64,000 bases of DNA, taken from the NCBI GenBank assembly GCA_027420455.1, contig DAIBJA010000072.1:24-64023 (forward strand), in the 5' to 3' direction. This document shows, piece by piece, positions 11,406 to 20,409 of the stretch; within the stretch, counting starts at the first letter, position 1; every line of letters starts with the position of its first letter. Source of the DNA: Clostridia bacterium. Its GTDB lineage: Bacteria > Bacillota > Sulfobacillia > JAJZYS01 > JAJYTV01. The translations under genes were made by a program, and so were the position numbers. The notes under the pieces were generated by a model, which made no database searches, had not been told where the DNA came from, and was given only the letters and a program-made list of their open reading frames with translations.

Positions 11406-11933
11406 TTGAACGTGCTCTCGAAGCTGCGCCCGCACCTGTACCTGCCGTCCGTCCAGAGCGTGGATCCTCGGCTGCTCAGGCGCCGCGGCATCCGCGGCGT
11501 CGTGCTGGATCTCGACAACACGCTCGCAGGCTGGAACTCTCCGAGGCCCTCACGTGAGGTAAAGGCCTGGGTGCAGCGCCTGCGCGGCACCGGCATCGGC
11601 GCCGTGATCCTCAGCAACAACGGCCGGGGCAGGGTCGAGGACTTTGCCGGTTGGCTAGGCGTGCCGTTCATCCCGCATGCCCGCAAGCCGTCGGCGCGCG
11701 GGTTCCAGAGAGCCCTCTCGGTGCTTGGCACGACACCGCAGTCGACGGCGGTGATCGGCGACCAGGTGTTCACCGACATCCTGGGGGGCAACCGGGCCGG
11801 CATGTTCACCATCCTCGTGACCCCTCTGACGCGGCACGAGTTCCTGGGTACGCGGGCCGTCCGGCATCTTGAGGATGTCGTCCTGCACCACTTCGAGCGC
11901 AGCGGACTGCGCGTCCCTTCGAGCGCGGGCTAG
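11406..11933 (+). CDS. yqeG: YqeG-family HAD-IIIA phosphatase.
   Basis: DLDNTL motif I, SNNG, GD-x-x-TD motif. Sits at the head of an aro operon as in Bacillus yqeG. Confidence 0.75.
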   Translation: MNVLSKLRPHLYLPSVQSVDPRLLRRRGIRGVVLDLDNTLAGWNSPRPSREVKAWVQRLRGTGIGAVILSNNGRGRVEDFAGWLGVPFIPHARKPSARGFQRALSVLGTTPQSTAVIGDQVFTDILGGNRAGMFTILVTPLTRHEFLGTRAVRHLEDVVLHHFERSGLRVPSSAG

Positions 11934-12005
11934 CCTAGGGCCTCCTTGCCTGACGCCAAGGGCCATGGCTTGTGGCGTCAGGCATTCCTGTATGCACGAT
12001 CTCGG

Positions 12006-12833
12006 ATGCAAGGCGGTGCGGCATTGGAACTGCTCGGCCTGTTCGGCCAGGGCATCGACGGCTCGTTCTCTCCCTTTCTGCACGCGGCGGCGCTCAGGGC
12101 AACCGGGCGGGAAGGGCAGTACATGCTCTGGGACGTCGCGCCAGACGACCTCGGCATAGCCCTGCGCGGGGCCTATCTGCTCGGCGCACGGGGAGCCAAT
12201 GTCACGAAGCCCTTCAAGCAGGCCGCCGCGCAGATGGTCATGCGGCTCGACCCCTGGGCGCGGCGCATCGGCGCCGTCAATGTGCTCAGGCGCACGTCCG
12301 GCGGCTGGGAGGGGCACAACACCGATGCCGACGGCTTCTGGCATCCCCTCGCGGCCCTGTCGCGGCCGATCGCGCGCGCGCTCGTCCTCGGCACGGGGGG
12401 GGCGGCCCTGGCCGTCTGCGCCGTACTGGTGCGCGAAGGTGTCTCCCTGCGTGTGGCTGGCCGCAACCGTGAGATGCTCGGACGTCTGGGCCGGGAGTTC
12501 GGCGCCCAGACGATCGACTGGCGCCAGCGGGGCGACCTTGCCGACGTCGACCTGATCGTCAACGCCACGACCGTGGGCAGCCAGAGCGACGACAGCCCCT
12601 TGGACGAAGAATCCATCCCCAGGGGCGCGATCGTTTATGATCTCATCTATCGCCCCCAGCCCACGAAGTTGCTCCAGTCCGCGAAGCGGCGCGGCTGCCG
12701 CACGATCGGCGGCGGCGGGATGCTGCTCGGCCAGGCCATGCTCGCGTGGCGCCTCTGGTATGACGAGGATCCGCCGCATAGGGCAATGGCGTCGGCACTG
12801 GAACTTGCCATGACGCGTCAAGACGTTTCCTGA
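12006..12833 (+). CDS. aroE: Shikimate dehydrogenase.
   Basis: Start placed at the internal ATG (MQGG..LLGLFGQGIDGSFSP). Motifs GANVTKPFK and GAVNVL, plus a GTGGAA NADP site. Confidence 0.8.
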   Translation: MQGGAALELLGLFGQGIDGSFSPFLHAAALRATGREGQYMLWDVAPDDLGIALRGAYLLGARGANVTKPFKQAAAQMVMRLDPWARRIGAVNVLRRTSGGWEGHNTDADGFWHPLAALSRPIARALVLGTGGAALAVCAVLVREGVSLRVAGRNREMLGRLGREFGAQTIDWRQRGDLADVDLIVNATTVGSQSDDSPLDEESIPRGAIVYDLIYRPQPTKLLQSAKRRGCRTIGGGGMLLGQAMLAWRLWYDEDPPHRAMASALELAMTRQDVS

Positions 12834-12840
12834 GAGGAGG

Positions 12841-13986
12841 ATGGCCTTGCGTTACCTCACCGCCGGGGAATCCCACGGTCCGGCCCTTTTGGGCATCATG
12901 GAAGGCATGCCGGCAGGGCTGCATCTCTCCGCCGATGTGGTGAATCTTGAGCTCACGCGCCGGCAGGCAGGTTATGGCCGCGGCCAGCGCATGCGCATCG
13001 AGCGCGACGAGATCGAGTGGTTGGCCGGAGTTCGCTTCGGCGAGACCTTGGGGTCGCCGATCGCCCTGATGATCAGGAACAGGGACTTCGAACGCTGGCA
13101 GCAGCGCATGGCTCCCGAAGGGGATGTGGTCGGCCCCGCGTTCACTCGGCCGAGACCTGGACATGCCGATCTCGCCGGAGCCCTCAAGTACGGACGCGGA
13201 GACGCGCGGGACGTCCTCGAGCGCGCCTCGGCGCGCGAGACGGCCATGCGAGTCGCGCTTGGCGCGATCGCAAAGGCCTTCCTCGGTCACTTCGGCATCG
13301 AGATCGTCTCGCACGTGGTCGCCCTCGGCGATGTCACTGCCTCGCCGCCTGCTCAGATCGACCGAGACGCCATCGACCGCTCGCCGGTCCGCTGCGCGGA
13401 TCCAGTCGCCGCGGAGGCGATGGTGGCGGCGATCGACGCGGCGCGTCTCAAGGGCGACACGCTGGGCGGCGTCGTGGAGGTGCAGGCCCTTGGGGTGCCG
13501 GTCGGGCTCGGCACGCACGTGCACTGGGACCGCAAGCTCGACGGACGCCTCGGGCAGGCGATGCTGTCGGTACCTGCGATCAAGGGGCTCGAAATCGGCG
13601 CCGCGAGCTGGGGCGCGGCCCACCTTGGCTCACAGGTGCACGACGAGATCTTCTTCAGGCAAGGCGAGGGCTTCACGCGGTCGACGAACCGCGCCGGCGG
13701 GAGCGAGGGTGGCATTTCGAACGGTGCACCCGTCTGGGTGCGCGCAGCGATGAAACCGCTGAGCTCGCTGCATCGTCCTCTCCGCTCGGTCGACATGGAC
13801 ACCAAAGAAGAGTTTCTTGCCCAGGTGGAACGCTCGGATATCACGGCCGTACCAGCCGCCGGCGTGGTGCTCGAAGCCGTGATGGCCCTTGTGCTGACGG
13901 AGCTCTTCCTTGAGAAGTTCTCCGGTGACGCGCTGATCGACGTCGAGGCGGCCTATCATCACTACATCGGGCGGATTTCGCGGTGA
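12841..13986 (+). CDS. aroC: Chorismate synthase.
   Basis: MALRYLTAGESHGPAL N-terminus and GAGGAGG RBS. Confidence 0.9.
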   Translation: MALRYLTAGESHGPALLGIMEGMPAGLHLSADVVNLELTRRQAGYGRGQRMRIERDEIEWLAGVRFGETLGSPIALMIRNRDFERWQQRMAPEGDVVGPAFTRPRPGHADLAGALKYGRGDARDVLERASARETAMRVALGAIAKAFLGHFGIEIVSHVVALGDVTASPPAQIDRDAIDRSPVRCADPVAAEAMVAAIDAARLKGDTLGGVVEVQALGVPVGLGTHVHWDRKLDGRLGQAMLSVPAIKGLEIGAASWGAAHLGSQVHDEIFFRQGEGFTRSTNRAGGSEGGISNGAPVWVRAAMKPLSSLHRPLRSVDMDTKEEFLAQVERSDITAVPAAGVVLEAVMALVLTELFLEKFSGDALIDVEAAYHHYIGRISR

Positions 13987-15509
13987 TCGTCGCACTCGTC
14001 GGGCTGCCGGGCGCCGGGAAGACCCGCATTGGACGCGAACTCGCAGATCGGCTCGGCTACAGCTTCCTCGACACCGACCAGATGCTGCAGGAGCGGCTCG
14101 GCGCGCCCGCGGCCGAGCTCTTCGAGCGCCTGGGCGAAGAGGCCTTTCGCGACGAGGAGACCGGATCTCTGCGCGAAGCGCTATCAGGTCGCGACCGCGT
14201 CGTCTCGACCGGTGGCGGCACGGTCCTGAGGCCCGACAACCGCCGTCTCCTGCGAGAGGTTCGCGTGCTCGGGCTGACGGCGCGCGACCCGCAGCTCCTT
14301 TCCCGCCTGCGCGGCGGGCGAGGCCGCCCGGTTCTCGCCCCCAACCCGGCGGATCGGCTGCAGATCCTGCGCCGCGACCGCCTTCCCCTCTATGAAGAGG
14401 TGGCGGAGGCTTGGTTCTGGACCGAATCGGCGCCCGTGCGTGCGGTCGAGCGCATCAGGGATTTCCTCGCCTTGCGGCGTCTCGCGCCGGGCGTCTACTT
14501 CGGCCGCGGGGCTCGCCGCTTCGCGGGATCGTTTTCGGGGTTTGGGCGCACCCTCCTCCTTACCCAGCCGCCGCTCGTCGACGGCTGGGCGAGGTCGATC
14601 CTCGACAGCCTGAGTTACGGCGAGCGCCAGGTGACGATGGAAGTGGTGCCGGACGGCGAAGCCGCAAAGGAGTTCGGGGTCTACCAGGATCTCTTGCGGC
14701 GCATGGCGCATCTGGGCATGACACGCGACGAGACCGTGGTAGCGGTGGGTGGCGGAGCCGTCACCGACCTCGGCGGTTTTGTCGCGGCCAGCTACATGCG
14801 CGGCGTTCCGCTCGTGCTGGTCCCCACAACCGTCATCGCCCAGGCGGATGCGGCTCTTGGCGGCAAGACGGGCATCGACCTGCCCGAAGGCAAGAACCTC
14901 GTCGGGGCCTTCTACCCGGCGCAGGCCACCCTCGTCGATCCCGAGACGCTGCGCACCCTGCCGCTGGCGGAATTCCGCGATGGGCTTGCCGAGGTGGTCA
15001 AGTGCGGTCTGGGACTCGATGCGGAACTCTTTGCCGCATGTGCCACCTGGCGTAGACCACCGGCCGGACCAGCCCTCGATTTTGCCCTCGAGCGGGCTGC
15101 GAGGGCAAAACTCCGCCTGGTGGCCGCTGATCCCAAGGAGGCCGGCGACAGGGCCAAGCTGAACCTCGGCCACACTGCCGGGCATGCGGTAGAGGCGGCG
15201 AGCGGCTATCAGGTTTCGCACGGGCGAGCGGTCGCCATCGGCCTTGCCGCCGTGTCGCGACTCGCCGAGCGCCGCTACGCATTCTCGCATGCGCGGGAGG
15301 TGCTCGAACTCTTGCGCCGCCTGGGACTGCCTACCTATTATCGAGGCGATCCAGACGACCTCTGGACGTATCTCGTGCGCGACAAGAAGCACGGCAGCCA
15401 CGGTTTTCGCATGGTGGTGCCGCGGCGCATCGGCACCTGCGAGGTGCTGCGCGTCGAAGAGGAGGAAATGCGCGAACTCGCGGCGCTCACATGTACACCA
15501 CCTGCCTAG
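13983..15509 (+). CDS. aroKB: Bifunctional shikimate kinase / 3-dehydroquinate synthase (AroK-AroB fusion).
   Basis: N-terminal P-loop GLPGAGKT followed by a TDQ shikimate-kinase core. C-terminal DHQS motifs (GGGAVTDLGGF, KLNLGHTAGHA). GTG overlaps the aroC stop (GTGA). Confidence 0.85.
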   Translation: MIVALVGLPGAGKTRIGRELADRLGYSFLDTDQMLQERLGAPAAELFERLGEEAFRDEETGSLREALSGRDRVVSTGGGTVLRPDNRRLLREVRVLGLTARDPQLLSRLRGGRGRPVLAPNPADRLQILRRDRLPLYEEVAEAWFWTESAPVRAVERIRDFLALRRLAPGVYFGRGARRFAGSFSGFGRTLLLTQPPLVDGWARSILDSLSYGERQVTMEVVPDGEAAKEFGVYQDLLRRMAHLGMTRDETVVAVGGGAVTDLGGFVAASYMRGVPLVLVPTTVIAQADAALGGKTGIDLPEGKNLVGAFYPAQATLVDPETLRTLPLAEFRDGLAEVVKCGLGLDAELFAACATWRRPPAGPALDFALERAARAKLRLVAADPKEAGDRAKLNLGHTAGHAVEAASGYQVSHGRAVAIGLAAVSRLAERRYAFSHAREVLELLRRLGLPTYYRGDPDDLWTYLVRDKKHGSHGFRMVVPRRIGTCEVLRVEEEEMRELAALTCTPPA

Positions 15510-15563
15510 ACGGCACTAGATGCCGCGGCGGTGAGCGCCGCTTTTGCAAGGAATATTTCCCTA

Positions 15564-15592
15564 TTGACAGCGGACGTGCCGCCTGATACCTT
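15564..15592 (+). promoter_or_regulatory. Candidate promoter for the riboswitch-Tad transcript (-35 TTGACA, 17-nt spacer, weak -10 TACCTT), preceded by AT-rich DNA.
   Basis: TTGACA at 15564..15569. AT-rich UP-like segment at 15550..15563. The -10 is a weak match. Confidence 0.3.
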
Positions 15593-15604
15593 CTATCCAC
15601 ATTG

Positions 15605-15700
15605 AATACCCCGCGAAATGGCAAACGGCCCGAAAGGGTCGGACGCAAAGCTACGGGTCTAAGGCCAAAGTGGGCTATGATCGCCGGGCTGCCGAAGGGA
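15605..15700 (+). ncRNA. Candidate c-di-GMP-I (GEMM) riboswitch aptamer in the 5' leader of the flp/tad operon.
   Basis: Sequence ...AUGGCAAACGGCCCGAAAGGGUCGGACGCAAAGCUACGGGUCUAAGGCC... matches the GEMM hallmarks: GGCAAAC, GAAA tetraloop hairpin (GGCCC-GAAA-GGGUC), GGACGCAAAGC and CUAA. Compare V. cholerae Vc2 GGCAAACC..GAAA..GGGACGCAAAGCC..CCUAA. Confidence 0.65.
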
Positions 15701-15709
15701 GAAGGTTTG

Positions 15710-15745
15710 ACCTCCCGATGGCTATCGGGAGGCCTATTAACTTTT
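15710..15745 (+). terminator. Riboswitch expression-platform intrinsic terminator (CCUCCCGAU-GGCU-AUCGGGAGG followed by a U-rich tract). An alternative antiterminator pairing GGGAG/CUCCC lies upstream.
   Basis: Perfect 9-bp stem with a 4-nt loop, followed by CCUAUUAACUUUUC. Located between the aptamer and the flp RBS. Confidence 0.5.
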
Positions 15746-15769
15746 CGGGGGCGGGGGAAGGAGGGCACC

Positions 15770-15949
15770 ATGTTGATGGCCGTGTCTCAGTGCTCGAGCT
15801 TCCTGCGCCGCCTGCGTGCTACCGAGGGCCAGAGTATGGTCGAGTATGCCCTGATCATCGCGCTCGTCGCCGTTTTTGTGGTCGGTGCCGTGGTGTTTCT
15901 GGGGCATGGCATCAGCAACATCTTCGACAGCATCACCGGCAGTCTCTAA
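15770..15949 (+). CDS. flp: Flp-family type IVb pilin.
   Basis: 59 aa. Contains the G/XXXXEY prepilin motif (EG/QSMVEYALIIALVAV). AGGAGG RBS. Confidence 0.85.
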   Translation: MLMAVSQCSSFLRRLRATEGQSMVEYALIIALVAVFVVGAVVFLGHGISNIFDSITGSL

Positions 15950-15953
15950 CCCG

Positions 15954-16358
15954 ATGCGGGCGCGACGCCGCCCGTGGCTCTCCGACCGGAAGGGTCAGGC
16001 GGCAGTGGAGCTTGCCCTGATCCTTCCGGTTCTTGTCCTCCTTCTGCTCGGCATGCTGCAGGTGGGCATCGTGCTGCAGGACTATCTCCAGCTGCAGCAG
16101 GCGGTGGAGCAGGGGGCCCGCGCAGCGAGCCTCGGCGCGGCCGACGCGACGATCCAGCAGACGGTGGACAGCGCGGCCCCCAGCCTGAGCCCCTCCGCCC
16201 TCACCGTGACCGTGAGCCCGGCCGCCGCTGAACGGCAGTCCGGGACCGAAATCACCGTGCAGGGCTCGTACGGCATCAGCATCAGCATTCCCCTGCTCAC
16301 TCCGCTCATCGGAGGGCAGCTTGAGATTTCGAGCCAGTCGGTCATGCGTATGGAGTGA
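15954..16358 (+). CDS. tadE: TadE-like pilus assembly protein (pseudopilin).
   Basis: TadE N-terminus RKGQAAVELALILPVLVLLLLGML. Confidence 0.75.
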   Translation: MRARRRPWLSDRKGQAAVELALILPVLVLLLLGMLQVGIVLQDYLQLQQAVEQGARAASLGAADATIQQTVDSAAPSLSPSALTVTVSPAAAERQSGTEITVQGSYGISISIPLLTPLIGGQLEISSQSVMRME

Positions 16359-16364
16359 TCGCTC

Positions 16365-17249
16365 ATGCCAAGGCTGCGTGCGGAGAGCGGTCAGGCTACG
16401 GTGCTGTTCGCCCTTGCGGCGGTCGCCCTGCTTTCGGTGGCGTCGCTGTCGCTCGACGCAGGTCGGGCGTACATCACGACGCAGCAGCTCAAGTCCGCCG
16501 CGGACGCAGCGGCTCTCGCCGGCGGACAGGATCTCCCGTCCGATCCGACAGCCGCCGTCTCGGTCGCAATGACCACCGCCGCGGAGAACGGCGTGCCGTC
16601 GCAGGACGTCTCGGTGCAGATCAATGCACAGGACAACATCATCACCGTGACGACCCGTGGCGACATCCCGTACTACTTCGCGTCCCTCTTCGGCATCGAC
16701 CGGGGCTCGTTCCAGGAGACGTCCGCAGTGGAGGTCGGACCGATCTCTGAGGTCACGGGCGCAATGCCGCTCGGAGTCGTCTGGAGCGACTTTGTGCCTG
16801 GCCAGACGTACGTCCTCAAGGATGGCGGCGGCTCCGGCAGCGACGGCAACTACGGCATTCTCGCCCTTGGCGGCCCCGGCGCCGACATCTACAGCCAGAA
16901 TCTCGCGAACGGCTATGGTGCGCCGCTCACGGTCGGCGCGGCGCTGGAGACCCAGACGGGCACTATTGAGGGAAAGACGGAGGACGGGCTCTCGGCACGT
17001 GTGGCTGCCGGGGCCGGTTACTCCTGGCAGACGATACCCCTGACCTCGCCAGCGGTGGTGGATCTTCCGATCATCTCTGCGCCATGCAATGGCAAGTCGG
17101 AGGTCACGATTCTCGGCTTCGCGGCCTTCTTTCTGACTTCGGTCGGCTGCAAAGGCGAGGTCCAGGGCGTGTTCCTCGACGCGGTCACGTCAGGGCAGTT
17201 CGGCCAGGGCCAGAGCTACGGCCTCCAGGCGGAAAGGCTGATCGAATGA
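16365..17249 (+). CDS. TadG-like pilus assembly protein (Tad_N domain).
   Basis: N-terminus GQATVLFALAAVALLSVASLSLDAGRAY..AADAAALAG is typical of TadE/G-like proteins. Confidence 0.7.
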   Translation: MPRLRAESGQATVLFALAAVALLSVASLSLDAGRAYITTQQLKSAADAAALAGGQDLPSDPTAAVSVAMTTAAENGVPSQDVSVQINAQDNIITVTTRGDIPYYFASLFGIDRGSFQETSAVEVGPISEVTGAMPLGVVWSDFVPGQTYVLKDGGGSGSDGNYGILALGGPGADIYSQNLANGYGAPLTVGAALETQTGTIEGKTEDGLSARVAAGAGYSWQTIPLTSPAVVDLPIISAPCNGKSEVTILGFAAFFLTSVGCKGEVQGVFLDAVTSGQFGQGQSYGLQAERLIE

Positions 17250-17965
17250 CGCGGCGTAGACTCTTGCGCGTGATCGTACCGCTGTTCGTCGCACTCCTGC
17301 TCACGCTCGTCGTCGCCAAGGCGACCGCAAAGCCGACGCCCCGCCGGGTGCCGCTCCTGGTGGCGGCCACGGCGGTCCCGGCGGGCAGCGTCCTCTCAGG
17401 ATCGGATCTGAGGCTGCAGGAGGTCTCCCCGTCGGCGATCCTGCCCGGCAGCATGACGAGCCTGGGCGCGGCCGTGGGCCAGGTGACCAGAGTGGGCTTG
17501 AGCGCCGGCTCGCCGGTGCTCACGGACGAGATCGAGCCCGAGACCAGCGCCGGCCTCGCCTACCAGATTCCGCGGGGGCAACGCGCACTGACGCTCGCCG
17601 TCAACGGTGTCTCCGGCGTTGCGGGCAACCTGACGGCCGGCGCCCGCGTCGACGTGCTTTTGACCATCAGCGCCCAGACAGCCCAGGCGGGGCAGAGCGC
17701 CGCGCCCGCGGAGAGCACGATCATCGTGCCCGACGTGGCGGTCCTCTCGACAGGACTCGCGGGCAGCGGCGCCGGCGGATCAGGCTACGCGCTCGTCACG
17801 CTTGCGGTGACGCCCAAAGACGCTGCGACGATCGCGCTCGGAGAGCAGCAGGGCACGCTTCTCCTGCTGCTGCGGCCGCCGGGTGACCAGGCGACGCCTT
17901 CCGTGCAGATCCGCGTGGGAGGGATTGTGCCATGGGCCTCGAGCGGGAAGCGCGGCTCCTGCTGA
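17246..17965 (+). CDS. cpaB: Flp pilus assembly protein CpaB/RcpC (SAF domain).
   Basis: N-terminal TM helix plus SAF-like region. ATG overlaps the upstream stop (ATGA). Confidence 0.8.
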   Translation: MTRRRLLRVIVPLFVALLLTLVVAKATAKPTPRRVPLLVAATAVPAGSVLSGSDLRLQEVSPSAILPGSMTSLGAAVGQVTRVGLSAGSPVLTDEIEPETSAGLAYQIPRGQRALTLAVNGVSGVAGNLTAGARVDVLLTISAQTAQAGQSAAPAESTIIVPDVAVLSTGLAGSGAGGSGYALVTLAVTPKDAATIALGEQQGTLLLLLRPPGDQATPSVQIRVGGIVPWASSGKRGSC

Positions 17966-19104
17966 TGGCGCCTTCGCACAGGCGCGAAGGGCTGCTCGAC
18001 GTGCTGAAAGAGGTCGGCGCGGTGCGCGAAGCGGATACGCCGGCGCGCGTGCGGGCCTTCGCCCGTCAGGAGCGTCCCGATCTCGTGGTGCTGCACCTGG
18101 ACGCGGATCCTGAATGCCTTGCCCTCTGCGCGGAACTCGATCAGTCCTACGGCGTGCGCGTGCTGGTGGTCGGGCGGGAGGCGGGCGTCGAGGCGCTGCG
18201 CGCCGCGATGCAGGCCGGGGCCCGGGACTATCTCGCGGATCCCGTGCCGCCGGGGGAACTGCGATCGGCGGTGGCGCGCCTGGCGCAGGTGGAGCGCAGG
18301 GTCAGGCGAGGTCACGTCATCACGGTGTTCGGCACGAAGGGCGGCGTGGGCAAATCCACCCTCGCGGCCAATCTTGCGGTGGTGCTGGCGGACCGTCATC
18401 ACCAGCGGGTGGCCCTGTGCGACCTCGACCTCGAGTTCGGCTGTGCCGCCACGCTCTTCGGCCTGCGCCCCACGGCGACGATCGTCGACGTCTGCCGCCA
18501 TCCCGGCGCCATGACCCTCGGGACCATCGGCGAGGCCCTGAGCCACTCCGACCACAGCGAAGTAGACATCCTCGCCGGCCCCCCGACGCCGGATCTCGCC
18601 GCATTCGTCGACGGCGAGGGCAAGCGCGACCCGGAGCGCAACTACGTCCAGGAGATCCTGCGCACCCTGCGCACAGCCTACGACTGGGTGATCGTCGACA
18701 CCGCGGTGGACTTTGGCGAAGGGGTGATCACCGCACTCGACGAGGCCGAGCGCATCCTCTTCGTCACGACGCCGGACATCCCGGCCCTGCAGAACTCAGC
18801 CAAGGGACTCGACATCCTCCTCGAGCGGCTGGGCTACCCTCAGGAGAAGCTTTCCGTCGTCCTGAACCGCGGCAATGCGGCCATGGGCCTGATGGAGGAC
18901 GAAATCGCCCAGGCGCTCAGCCATCCCATCCGCCACATGCTCCCGTCGGACGGCGACGTCGCGGTGCGCGCAGCCAACATCGGCATGCCGCTCGTCCTGC
19001 TGCGGGGCCGGTCGCCGCTGGCCCGCGCTGTGGGCCGCCTGGGCGGGGAACTCGTGCACGACCTCGAGCGGCCGCGCGTCTCCGGTCTCAGCGGGGAGGC
19101 GTAA
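17932..19104 (+). CDS. cpaE: CpaE/TadZ pilus assembly ATPase (receiver-like N-domain plus MinD/ParA-type ATPase). Alternative start at 17965.
   Basis: Deviant Walker A GTKGGVGKST and a receiver-like N-terminus. Confidence 0.8.
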   Translation: MGLEREARLLLMAPSHRREGLLDVLKEVGAVREADTPARVRAFARQERPDLVVLHLDADPECLALCAELDQSYGVRVLVVGREAGVEALRAAMQAGARDYLADPVPPGELRSAVARLAQVERRVRRGHVITVFGTKGGVGKSTLAANLAVVLADRHHQRVALCDLDLEFGCAATLFGLRPTATIVDVCRHPGAMTLGTIGEALSHSDHSEVDILAGPPTPDLAAFVDGEGKRDPERNYVQEILRTLRTAYDWVIVDTAVDFGEGVITALDEAERILFVTTPDIPALQNSAKGLDILLERLGYPQEKLSVVLNRGNAAMGLMEDEIAQALSHPIRHMLPSDGDVAVRAANIGMPLVLLRGRSPLARAVGRLGGELVHDLERPRVSGLSGEA

Positions 19105-19107
19105 ACC

Positions 19108-20409
19108 ATGTCGCTTTACAAGCGTTTGCGGGGTACGGACGAGGAAGGGCCCGCTCTCGAGCAGGCGCCGGAGCCGACCAGGGTCGAGCGCCTGCGCCTG
19201 CTGGTGCAGCAGCGCCTCGCCGCCGATATGGCGGAGGCCTCGCCGAACGACGACGAATGGAAGCGGCAGGTGCGCGAGCGCATCGCCTCGCTCCTGCGCG
19301 ACGAACCGGACCTCGGCCCCCTCGAGCGGGAAAACCTCGCGGCGTCGCTCTACGCGCAGATCGTCGGGCTCGGTCCGCTCCAGCCCCTCCTGGAGGACCC
19401 GGGCGTCAGCGAGATCATGGTCAATGGGCCGCAACAGGTCTACGTGGAGCGGAGCGGAAGACTGCAGCGGACGTCGGTGCGTTTCCGGGACGACAAGGAG
19501 ATCATGGAGCTGATCGAGCGGATCGTCGCACCGCTCGGCCGCCGCATCGACGAGTCGAGCCCGATGGTCGACGCCCGGCTCAAGGACGGCTCGCGCGTGA
19601 ACGCGATCATCCCGCCGCTCGCCCTGCGCGGTCCCTCCCTCACCATCCGCAAGTTTCCCGAGCACGCCCTGACAATGGAGGATCTCGAGCAGATCGGCTC
19701 CCTCAGCGGCGGCATGGTCGAACTGCTGCGCGCCGCCGTGCGCGGCAGGCTCAACATCGTCGTGGCGGGAGGCACCGCATCAGGCAAGACGACACTCCTC
19801 AACAGCCTTTCGGCGTTCATCCCATCCGATGAGCGCATCGTCACGATCGAGGATGCGGCCGAGCTCAGGCTGCAGCAGGATCACGTCGTGGCGCTCGAGA
19901 CCCGCCCGGCCAACCTCGAGGGGCGTGGGGAGGTAACGATCCGCCAGCTCGTGCGCAATGCGTTGCGCATGCGGCCGGACCGCATCGTCGTCGGCGAGGT
20001 GCGCGCCGGAGAGGCGCTCGACATGCTGCAGGCGATGAACACCGGCCACGACGGATCGCTCACGACGGTCCACGCCAATGCGCCGCGCGACGTGCTGTCG
20101 CGCATCGAGACCATGGTGCTGATGGCAGGATTCGAATTGCCGATGCGCGCCATCCGCGAGCAGATCGCTTCGGCTCTGGACCTGATCGTGCACGCCCAGC
20201 GCATGCGGGACGGCTCGAGGCGCGTCACGCACATCACCGAGGTGCAGGGCATGGAGGGGGAGGTCATCGTGCTCCAGGATCTCTTCCGCTACAAGCCCAG
20301 CGAAGGCTTTGCGCCCACGGGCCTCAGGCCCCGCTTTCTCGAACGTCTCGAGACCTATGGGCACACGGTCGATCCACACATCTTCCAGGCGGGTGGCCGC
20401 GATGGGTAG
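19108..20409 (+). CDS. cpaF: CpaF/TadA secretion ATPase.
   Basis: [14 protein letters not shown] Walker A, T2SS-E family. GGGGAGG RBS. Confidence 0.9.
   Translation: MSLYKRLRGTDEEGPALEQAPEPTRVERLRLLVQQRLAADMAEASPNDDEWKRQVRERIASLLRDEPDLGPLERENLAASLYAQIVGLGPLQPLLEDPGVSEIMVNGPQQVYVERSGRLQRTSVRFRDDKEIMELIERIVAPLGRRIDESSPMVDARLKDGSRVNAIIPPLALRGPSLTIRKFPEHALTMEDLEQIGSLSGGMVELLRAAVRGRLNIVVAGGTASGKTTLLNSLSAFIPSDERIVTIEDAAELRLQQDHVVALETRPANLEGRGEVTIRQLVRNALRMRPDRIVVGEVRAGEALDMLQAMNTGHDGSLTTVHANAPRDVLSRIETMVLMAGFELPMRAIREQIASALDLIVHAQRMRDGSRRVTHITEVQGMEGEVIVLQDLFRYKPSEGFAPTGLRPRFLERLETYGHTVDPHIFQAGGRDG

Noticed and set aside
17785-19832. ORFs 17785..18555 (-) and 18114..19832 (+, 572 aa, Arg/Gly/Pro-rich).
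   Set aside because: Alternative frames of cpaE/cpaF. Extreme low complexity. The true frames carry MinD and VirB11-type motifs.
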